Positions 1 through 7,166 of a stretch of DNA of 32,102 bases are shown here, in pieces. Each line of letters starts with the position of its first letter. Within the stretch, counting starts at the first letter, position 1. The stretch lies in contig CAVXTM010000019.1 of assembly GCA_963764725.1 (NCBI GenBank), positions 1 to 32,102 of the forward strand. Reading direction: 5' to 3'. A program made the position numbers and the translations under genes. Source of the stretch: an uncultured Gammaproteobacteria bacterium. GTDB taxonomy: Bacteria; Pseudomonadota; Gammaproteobacteria; JACCXJ01. The notes under the pieces are model-generated. The model did no database searches. It was not told the DNA's origin and was given only the letters and a program-made list of their open reading frames with translations.

Positions 1-7
1 TAAGGTA

Positions 8-1048
8 TTGAAAAGCAAGTCACGCTCCACCAAGCCGCCGGCAGGCCGTTTGGCCAAATCACTCCGATGGCTATTCGTCGGCATCCGATCGCTTTGTCTA
101 ATCTTGGTCCTCGCCTGGGCTACCCTGGCAATTTATTATTCCAACCTGCCTTGGGCCTGGGCGCGTCAGGCACTGGCGGCGGCTTTTTTAATTTTCGGTG
201 TTTGGGCCCTAGGGTTCAGGCGCACCCTAGGAGCCAAGGCGATGTTTGCCGCGCTCTTTCTCGGCGTGGTGGTTTGGTTTAGCACTATCCAGCCTTCCCA
301 TGACCGTCCCTGGCGGCCGGAAGTGGCGGTGATGCCGCGGGCGTTCATCGACGGCGACCGGGTACGCATCACCGGTGTGCGCAATTTCGAATACCGCAGC
401 CGGGATGATTTTGACGTGCGCTATGAAGAGCGCGAGGTCTCGCTCTCGCATCTGAACTCGCTGGATTTCTACCTGTCCTATTTTTGGCCGGATTCACCCG
501 TAGCACACACCTTCGTCAGCTTTGGCTTCGACAACGCTCCTCCCATCAGCATTTCCATCGAGACCAGGCCGGAAATCGGAGAAGGTTTCGACCCCATCCC
601 CTCGCTCTTCAAGCAGTTCGAGCTGATCTACGTGGTCGGCGACGAGCGCGATCTGGTGCGGGTCCGCACCAATTACCGCAACGAAGATACCTTTCTTTAC
701 CGCCTCCGGACTTCACCCGAAGTTGCGCGCCGGCTCTTCCTGGTTTACTTGGAGCGGATCAACGAGCTGGCTGATCGACCCGAGTTTTACCATCTGTTCA
801 GTAACAGCTGCACGATCAATATCGTCCGCTATGCAAACCTCGCTGGCCGGGTCGGCCGGCTGGATATCCGCCACATCCTTAATGGGTGGAGCGATCGCTA
901 TCTCTATAGAGCGGGCCTCTTGGATACGAGCTTGCCGTTTGCAGAACTGCGCCTGCGTTCTCACATCAATGAGGCCGCGCAGGCTGCCGGGAACGCGAAG
1001 GATTTCTCCGAGCGCATTCGCAAATCGCTGCCGACACCACCCAGCTGA
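8..1048 (+). CDS. DUF4105 domain membrane protein (lipoprotein N-acyltransferase Lnb-like N-terminal domain family)
   Basis: 346-aa ORF with about three N-terminal TM helices, then PSHDRPWRPEVA, AHTFVSFGF, SISIETR, LFKQFELIYVVGDERDL and FYHLFSNSCT, motifs I recognise from proteobacterial DUF4105 proteins. The TTG start is at the window edge and is uncertain. Confidence 0.75.
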   Translation: MKSKSRSTKPPAGRLAKSLRWLFVGIRSLCLILVLAWATLAIYYSNLPWAWARQALAAAFLIFGVWALGFRRTLGAKAMFAALFLGVVVWFSTIQPSHDRPWRPEVAVMPRAFIDGDRVRITGVRNFEYRSRDDFDVRYEEREVSLSHLNSLDFYLSYFWPDSPVAHTFVSFGFDNAPPISISIETRPEIGEGFDPIPSLFKQFELIYVVGDERDLVRVRTNYRNEDTFLYRLRTSPEVARRLFLVYLERINELADRPEFYHLFSNSCTINIVRYANLAGRVGRLDIRHILNGWSDRYLYRAGLLDTSLPFAELRLRSHINEAAQAAGNAKDFSERIRKSLPTPPS

Positions 1049-1079
1049 TCTTTCGCTTCGCGGCGTTGCGACCTCCGAA

Positions 1080-1204
1080 TGAAGCTCCTCGGAGCAAAGC
1101 TCCGAGGTATCTTGCGAAATTCTCCGAAGCCCTTCCACCCTCCTTCGCCAAGGCTACGGAGGGTTCTCCTCACCTTCATCCTCGCAGCAAGCTGCGAGGT
1201 ATTC
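1080..1204. mobile_element. Hairpin-bounded non-autonomous element (IS200/IS605-end-like, PATE/REP-like)
   Basis: Perfect 9-bp stems CCTCGGAGC-aaa-GCTCCGAGG (1087-1107) and CCTCGCAGC-aa-GCTGCGAGG (1180-1199), each followed by TAT, plus an internal imperfect hairpin CCCTCC-ttc-GCC-aa-GGC-tac-GGAGGG (1138-1163). Confidence 0.55.
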
Positions 1205-1562
1205 GGCGAAGGAGAATAAATACAGTAGCCGTGCCCTGGAAAGAACATGCGGCATAGCGAACTCCGCCGTCCCGGTGTTCTGTCCCAAAAATCGGCCACA
1301 TGATTTCAGCTCATTTGGCTTGAAAATCTCCCCTTGCCCTTTTTCCAAAGAAGGGTTAAAGCCGTACCGAGATGGAGTTCGGCCGCTGCCATGGTTGAGA
1401 GTTTTTAAATGATTTTCTGAGACACACCACACTAATCTGTCAAAAAACGGATCATCGAAGAACAGGATCTGAATACCATCCCTTATCGGCCGAATTCCTT
1501 CGCCTAAGGGATTTGGAAACAAAAATCAGGGGAGGCCGGATATCGACCGACTTTCTCCTCAT

Positions 1563-1581
1563 GATAAAAATAATGATTTTG
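1563..1581. promoter_or_regulatory. Possible Fur-family box upstream of the Rap1a/Gly-zipper/hdeD genes
   Basis: GATAAAAATAATGATTTTG matches the E. coli Fur consensus GATAATGATAATCATTATC at 14 of 19 positions. It lies in an AT-rich tract, so a chance match is possible. Confidence 0.25.
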
Positions 1582-1652
1582 ATGAACCGGGAAAACTATT
1601 AGAGTTCGAAAATACGAAAGAAATAAAATTCTGTGAAACAAGGAGAAGTGTC

Positions 1653-2039
1653 ATGTTTAAAAAACTAATTCCGTCGCTGGTTCTAGTTAGCTTCCTCGTT
1701 ACCGGTCTGGCCGGAGCAGCGGTGACCGATGAAGATTTGCGGCTCATGACCACCCAGGATCTGGTAGACCTCTGCACTGTTTCGGCGGACGATCCGCGGG
1801 CAAAGGAAGCGATTGGAATGTGTTACGGCTATCTAGTCGGGGCCTATGACTATTATGTTGCGACCAATTCGGGTAAAGGCAGTATGCGGCTGGTTTGTAT
1901 GCCCAATCCACCGCCTTCGCGTAATGAAGCGGTGGCCATGTTCGTGGAGTGGGCTAAGGCTAATCCGCAATATATGAAAGAGGCGCCGGTGGAAAGCGAA
2001 TTCAGGTTTTTGAGCGCTAAGTGGCCGTGCAAGAAGTGA
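1653..2039 (+). CDS. Secreted Rap1a/Tai-family (immunity-fold) protein
   Basis: AGGAGA RBS, Sec signal peptide (..TGLAGA|A), and four cysteines in the family pattern DLVDLC...CYGYLVG...VCMP...NP...WPC. Confidence 0.75.
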   Translation: MFKKLIPSLVLVSFLVTGLAGAAVTDEDLRLMTTQDLVDLCTVSADDPRAKEAIGMCYGYLVGAYDYYVATNSGKGSMRLVCMPNPPPSRNEAVAMFVEWAKANPQYMKEAPVESEFRFLSAKWPCKK

Positions 2040-2065
2040 CGGAACAGATCGAAAAGGAGAGTACC

Positions 2066-2341
2066 ATGAAGCGAATTAGCACGATGTCAGGAATCATCGC
2101 CCTGTTGGTTATGCTCGCGGGCTGCGCGGACATGTCCCAGACCCAACAAAGGGCCTTAACTGGCTCCTTCCTCGGTGCCGCCGGGGGAGGCCTCATTGGC
2201 GCCGCCGCGGGGAATGCCGGGATGGGCGCAGCCATTGGCGCCGGACTCGGAGGCACCGGAGGCTTTCTCTTGGGCAGGCATAACGAGGCGGTAGATGCAG
2301 CTTACCGACAAGGCCGCGCAGACGCGAGTAAAGGTCAATAG
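2066..2341 (+). CDS. Glycine-zipper (YMGG-like) lipoprotein
   Basis: AAGGAG RBS before ATG 2066, lipobox LAGC, and GAAGGGLIGAAAGNAGMGAAIGAGLGGTGG zipper. Confidence 0.8.
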   Translation: MKRISTMSGIIALLVMLAGCADMSQTQQRALTGSFLGAAGGGLIGAAAGNAGMGAAIGAGLGGTGGFLLGRHNEAVDAAYRQGRADASKGQ

Positions 2342-2374
2342 GCTTCAATCAAATCGGTAAGGGAAGGAAGAACG

Positions 2375-2971
2375 ATGGAGCAGGCCATTCAACTGACAGG
2401 CGAGGGTGAACTCAAACGGAGTTGGGGATGGTATTTGGCTCTGGGGATTGTGATGATCGTCCTGGGCACGATCGCGATAGGCTCGACGTTCGTGATGACC
2501 ATCGCGTCGGTTTTTTTCTTCGGCTGGCTTCTCATCATAGGCGGAGTCATGGAAGTTATCCATGCTTTCTGGCACAAACGCTGGGCCGGCTTTTTTCTCG
2601 ACTTACTGACGGGCGTCCTGTACGTCGTTGTAGGCTGGATGATGGTGACCAATCCCAAGGAATCGGCCCTCTTGCTGACTTTGATCATCGCCATGTTCTT
2701 GCTTTTCGAGGGGGTGTTTCGGATCGTGGCGGCGGTCGCTGCCCGTTATCCGCACTGGGGTTGGGTCATGTTCAACGGTGTTATCTCTCTTATATTGGGC
2801 ATTATGATCTGGCGGCAGTGGCCCTATTCAGGTCTATGGGTAATTGGTCTGTTCGTGGGCATCGAAATGCTGCTCAACGGCTGGTCGCTAGTCATGCTTA
2901 GCTTGACCGGCCGCAAGCTTCCGGAGGAAACGTCGACGATTGGGCGCCCGTTGAGCCCACGGTCAGCATGA
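2375..2971 (+). CDS. hdeD: HdeD family acid-resistance membrane protein (DUF308 repeats)
   Basis: 198 aa with about six TM helices; WGWYLALGIVMIVLG, GWLLIIGG, WPYSGLWVIGLFVGIEMLLNG are typical of HdeD. Confidence 0.85.
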   Translation: MEQAIQLTGEGELKRSWGWYLALGIVMIVLGTIAIGSTFVMTIASVFFFGWLLIIGGVMEVIHAFWHKRWAGFFLDLLTGVLYVVVGWMMVTNPKESALLLTLIIAMFLLFEGVFRIVAAVAARYPHWGWVMFNGVISLILGIMIWRQWPYSGLWVIGLFVGIEMLLNGWSLVMLSLTGRKLPEETSTIGRPLSPRSA

Positions 2972-3169
2972 CCGTTAAGCAGTAGCTTTCTTGCCGTTTC
3001 GACTGCAGGTTTATTTGAGCCGCTGTCGAAGTAACCGAGCTCTGATTTGCTCTGTCAGCGTGGATCGAAGCTACGGCGTTCGTTTGCGGTCGCACTTGGC
3101 CAAATGTCCGAGAGAGCGGGAATCTAGAGAACCGTAAAGCTGATCAGGTCCTACACAGGAGGAGAACCC

Positions 3170-4078
3170 ATGTATACACGAATGCTTATACCTTTGGATG
3201 GTTCCAAGTTGGCCGAGAATGTCCTGCCTTACGCCCGCGCGTTGGCTGGAGCGCTAAAGCTCCGCATCGATCTGTTGAGTGTGGTGGACACGATGGATTT
3301 CGCAAGCACGACGCATGCTGGCCATGTGCGTGACTTTGACCCGATTATTGAAGCGGCTGTGCAGGCGGGCGGGCAATACCTCGAGGGTGTCGCGCGGTCT
3401 TTCACCGGGATTACTGTCGATAACTGTGTCGTGGAACAGGGACAAGCGGACAAGATCATCATCGAGAAAGCCGCCCGCGACAAAGAAACCTTGATCGCCA
3501 TGGCCACCCGCGGCCGCTCGGGGATCCACCGCTGGCTGATGGGTAGCGTCGCCGAGAAGGTGCTGCGGGGCGCCAGCAATCCCCTTTTGCTCGTACGCGG
3601 GGACGAGGAAGGCAAGAACGATGGTGAAGCGGCCTTGAAGAGCGTTGTGGTGCCCTTAGACGGCTCAAAACGGGCCGAGACCGTTCTGCCGCCTGCTATA
3701 GACCTTGCTAAGAAACTGAGCCTCGAAATCGTTCTCACACGCGCGTATCAGATTCCAATGTCTACCTACGCCGGAGCAGACGCTCCCTACTACGCGGACC
3801 TCGACTCACTCCTGACCCTGGTCAAAGAGGAAGCCGGCGCTTACCTCGAGGCGAAGGTCAACGAGCTTAGAGGAAACGGCATTGAGAAGGTCTCCTCCAT
3901 GTTGTTGTTAGGCTCCGGAGCCGACGAGATCATCGAATTGGCGCGCACAACACCGGACAATTTGATCGCCATGTGCACGCACGGACGCTCCGGGGTGGAG
4001 CGTTGGGTGCTGGGAAGCGTAACCGAAAAGGTCGTGCGTCACTCGGGCGATCCGGTTTTGGTTGTCAGGGCCGATTGA
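3170..4078 (+). CDS. Tandem-domain universal stress protein
   Basis: Two USP domains, each starting with PLDGS and ending in the G-2x-G-9x-GS ATP-binding motif (TRGRSGIHRWLMGSVAEKV; THGRSGVERWVLGSVTEKV). Strong AGGAGG RBS. Confidence 0.92.
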   Translation: MYTRMLIPLDGSKLAENVLPYARALAGALKLRIDLLSVVDTMDFASTTHAGHVRDFDPIIEAAVQAGGQYLEGVARSFTGITVDNCVVEQGQADKIIIEKAARDKETLIAMATRGRSGIHRWLMGSVAEKVLRGASNPLLLVRGDEEGKNDGEAALKSVVVPLDGSKRAETVLPPAIDLAKKLSLEIVLTRAYQIPMSTYAGADAPYYADLDSLLTLVKEEAGAYLEAKVNELRGNGIEKVSSMLLLGSGADEIIELARTTPDNLIAMCTHGRSGVERWVLGSVTEKVVRHSGDPVLVVRAD

Positions 4079-4127
4079 GCTGATTCGCTCTTCAACAATC
4101 GATGAACAAATAAGACGGAGGTAAAAG

Positions 4128-4454
4128 ATGGTTGTAAGTCGAGCAAGAAGGTTTTTGTTTGTTATCATTGCATCGCTGTCGCTAGGCGCATTCGGTGCCT
4201 CGTCGTGTGATAAAGGAACGGCACCGCAGAAAACCGATGCCCAGACCGACAAGGAGCGGCTGATTGAAAGCCGCAAAGAACAGCAACAAAAAAGAGCAGA
4301 GCTGAGAGACGCGGTAAAGTCGGGAGCCAGCGAGGAGGAAATCGAGAAACGGAAAAGCCAAGTTGCGGAAGGACAGAAAGCAATCGTCCAGGACAAAAAA
4401 GAGATCCGTGAACAGAAGCTCGAATCAACGAAGGATCAAAAAGAAGCGAAATAG
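4128..4454 (+). CDS. Hypothetical small lipoprotein with charged helical/coiled-coil body
   Basis: GGAGG RBS, basic N-region plus hydrophobic stretch ending in GASSC (possible lipobox), and an E/K/Q-rich remainder. Confidence 0.6.
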   Translation: MVVSRARRFLFVIIASLSLGAFGASSCDKGTAPQKTDAQTDKERLIESRKEQQQKRAELRDAVKSGASEEEIEKRKSQVAEGQKAIVQDKKEIREQKLESTKDQKEAK

Positions 4455-4579
4455 GACACAAAATCGTCTAAGGACGCCAAGTAGCCGTTCGCCATACATG
4501 AACGAGGGGCCGGTGGACATAACCATCGCTTCGGTGTTTGGTTGGTACGGTACACCGAACCCATGAAAGGAGAGTCTTC

Positions 4580-5323
4580 ATGAAATCCATCGAGGGCGCG
4601 TCGGGAGAATATGGCCATTTGGACCGCCGGACATTTCTCACGGTAACGAGCGCCGCTATTGGCTTGGGCGTTCTCGGCGAAAGTCTGTTCGGCAACCTGG
4701 TATACGCTGACGCGCTGACGAAAGAACAGCGCGACAAGATGACCCCGGAGGAGATCATCACGGAAATGAAGCGCGGCAACGAGCGGTTCCGCAAAGGGGA
4801 AAGGCGAGCGCGCGACTTCCTTAAGGAACAGCAAGCCAGTGCTAAGGGACAGTATCCTGCCGCAGTTGTCCTGAGCTGCATCGACTCGCGAGCGCCTGCC
4901 GAGGTCATCATGGATCTCGGCATCGGTGACATCTTCAACGCACGTGTGGCCGGGAACATCGCTAACAGCGACATTCTTGGCAGCATGGAGTTTGCCTGCA
5001 AGGCAGCAGGCGCCAAGGTCGTCCTGGTGATGGGACACACGGCCTGCGGCGCGATCAAGGGCGCCATCGACAACGTCCAGTTGGGCAATCTCACTGGTTT
5101 GCTCACGAAGATCAAACCGGCGGTGAAGGCAACCTCGTTCAAGGGCGAACGCGCCTCGAAAAACGCCGCTTTTGTCGACGCGGTGGCGCGAAAGAACGTG
5201 GAGTTGACGATGGCCGGCATTCGTAATAACAGCGCCGTGCTGAAAGAGCTTGCGTCCAAAGGGACGATCAAGATCGCCGGATCGATGTACGACCTGGAAA
5301 CGGCAACGGTAGACTTCTTCTAG
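4580..5323 (+). CDS. Beta-class carbonic anhydrase with twin-arginine (Tat) signal
   Basis: Zn ligands SCIDSR and GHTACG, RVAGN motif, N-terminal DRRTFL followed by an h-region ending in VYA|DA. AAGGAG RBS before ATG 4580. Confidence 0.92.
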   Translation: MKSIEGASGEYGHLDRRTFLTVTSAAIGLGVLGESLFGNLVYADALTKEQRDKMTPEEIITEMKRGNERFRKGERRARDFLKEQQASAKGQYPAAVVLSCIDSRAPAEVIMDLGIGDIFNARVAGNIANSDILGSMEFACKAAGAKVVLVMGHTACGAIKGAIDNVQLGNLTGLLTKIKPAVKATSFKGERASKNAAFVDAVARKNVELTMAGIRNNSAVLKELASKGTIKIAGSMYDLETATVDFF

Positions 5324-5469
5324 AGATTCTGCTCGCTCGTACCGACTGGCAAGGGCGTTTGATCAACGGGTCAGACTATCTGCTTCCTGGAGTCATGCCG
5401 CTCGTCTCCGGCCGAGGGTTCGTGGATCACAGTTATTGACGAGCTCGCAAGCGTGATCACTGAGCAAAC

Positions 5470-6822
5470 GTGTCTCCTTTATTTGTTGATTCGCGGACCG
5501 GTCGCGTGCATCGCGCGACCCTGGAACCGGCGCGGTGCGGCTTGCGACAAGGCGCGGTGAGTAATGGTAGCCTGAAGAGCCAGCAGACTCTCTCGCATCT
5601 CCTCCCGTCGCGAACTACCACCTTCGTCGCCCTCGCCTACCTAGCCGCGCTACTGGCGGGGTGCGGCACGCTGACCCGCAACCCGGTGCCCCCGGAGCTG
5701 ACGCCGGTGGCGTCGATCCCGGGCATGCCGGACGTGCGCGCCTGGGCCGGCCGAGTCAGCGCGGCGATGGAGCGCGACTTTGAGCGATCCTTCGAGCAGG
5801 AATCGCCTGCCGACTTCCCGCGCGGCGCCGACGGTGTTGTTCGCTACCCTCATCTAGCTTTGTCCGGAGGCGGCGCGAACGGCGCTTTCGGCGCGGGATT
5901 CCTGAACGGCTGGTCGACGACCGGGAGCCGTCCGGTCTTCAAGATCGTCACCGGCGTGTCCACCGGCGCGGTGATGGCCCCGTTTGCGTTTCTCGGGACG
6001 CCGTACGATGCCGCGCTGCACGAGTTCTACACGACGACGACCACGCGCGACCTCTTCAACATCGGATCGATGCTATCGATCCTGATCTCGCTCCTGCGCG
6101 GCGATTCGCTCGCCGACGCTGGGCCGCTCGCTGCACTGATCGCGCGGCACGTCGACGCCGAGTTCCTGCGTCAAGTCGCCGGCGCGCACAATCGCGGCCG
6201 GCGGCTCTACATCGGCACCGTGGACCTCGATTCCCAGGCGTTCGTGGTGTGGAACATGGGACTGATCGCGGCGAACGGTAACGCGGCAGCGCTGGAGCTC
6301 TTTCGCAAGGTCATGTTCGCGTCCGCTTCGGTACCGATCGCCTTTCCGCCGGTTTTCTTCGAGGTCGAAGCCGGCGGACGGCTCTACGACGAGATGCACG
6401 TCGACGGCGCCGTCGCGGCGACCGTCTTCCTGAACGTCGGCGTTTTCAGGCCTTCCCTTATCCGCGAGCGCGCCGGACTCGGGGCAGGGCGGGAGGACAT
6501 CTTCGTGATCCACAACGGACAACTGAGCGGTGACCCGAGCCCGACGCCGCGGTCCCTGCGTGGGATCACCGCGCGGGTCATCGAGGCCTCCGGCCGGGCG
6601 GGGGTGGTCGGGGCTCTCTTTATCATCTATGCGTTCGCGCAGCGCGAGCAGGCGAGCTTTCACTGGGTCACCATCCCAGAAGGCGTCGAGATCCCCGGCA
6701 CCGCAGTCTTCGACCCGGCGAAGATGACGAAGCTCTACGAGGTCGGCTACCGGACCGCACTTGCGGGCCCCGTCTGGTCCGTGGACCCTCCGCTACTGCA
6801 AGAGGACCCTTCTCCGCCCTGA
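5470..6822 (+). CDS. Patatin-like phospholipase, predicted lipoprotein
   Basis: Oxyanion loop LSGGGANGAFG, nucleophile GVSTG, FASASVP, catalytic HVDGA, lipobox LLAGC. The real start is probably downstream (e.g. GTG 5557 or later). Confidence 0.85.
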   Translation: MSPLFVDSRTGRVHRATLEPARCGLRQGAVSNGSLKSQQTLSHLLPSRTTTFVALAYLAALLAGCGTLTRNPVPPELTPVASIPGMPDVRAWAGRVSAAMERDFERSFEQESPADFPRGADGVVRYPHLALSGGGANGAFGAGFLNGWSTTGSRPVFKIVTGVSTGAVMAPFAFLGTPYDAALHEFYTTTTTRDLFNIGSMLSILISLLRGDSLADAGPLAALIARHVDAEFLRQVAGAHNRGRRLYIGTVDLDSQAFVVWNMGLIAANGNAAALELFRKVMFASASVPIAFPPVFFEVEAGGRLYDEMHVDGAVAATVFLNVGVFRPSLIRERAGLGAGREDIFVIHNGQLSGDPSPTPRSLRGITARVIEASGRAGVVGALFIIYAFAQREQASFHWVTIPEGVEIPGTAVFDPAKMTKLYEVGYRTALAGPVWSVDPPLLQEDPSPP

Positions 6823-6952
6823 CCGGCGAGAACGCGAGCCGCTGCAGGACTAGTGAACTGTAACACCACAAGTTGAACTTTTGAGTCGACAAATCTTCTA
6901 TCGGGAATTACCGGATTCGCACCACTAATTTACTTAACAAGAAATACCAAGG

Positions 6953-6983
6953 TTGACTATAAAGCTGTCTCCGTGCATAGAAT
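6953..6983 (+). promoter_or_regulatory. Candidate sigma70-type promoter for the P-type ATPase
   Basis: TTGACT (6953-6958) and TAGAAT (6978-6983) preceded by an AT-rich tract. The 19-bp spacer is longer than optimal. Confidence 0.3.
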
Positions 6984-7166
6984 CGCAGAATTTGAACCCC
7001 GCTCGCGCGGCTCGCGGTGAACGGCTTAACGTCGGGGGCATCCAAACAACACAAAGCTCATCCTGTTAGTCGTGACGTACGCTGCTAATCGGGACGCTTG
7101 GCAAGAGTGCCTTCGCGAGCACTTTTTCGTCCGCCGGGGCGGATCGAACCGGAAGGGAGTAAGTAG

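Noticed and set aside
1323-1357. Weak hairpin CCCTTTT-tccaa-AGAAGGG resembling a degenerate intergenic repeat or terminator
   Set aside because: Imperfect, single copy in the window, no U-tract; cannot be supported.
1154-1522. 122-aa minus-strand ORF (and 1066-1257 on the + strand)
   Set aside because: No recognisable motifs, and part of it is just a translation of the hairpin element.
1653-2039. Interpretation as part of a T6SS toxin-immunity pair
   Set aside because: No amidase effector or T6SS structural gene is adjacent or in the window.
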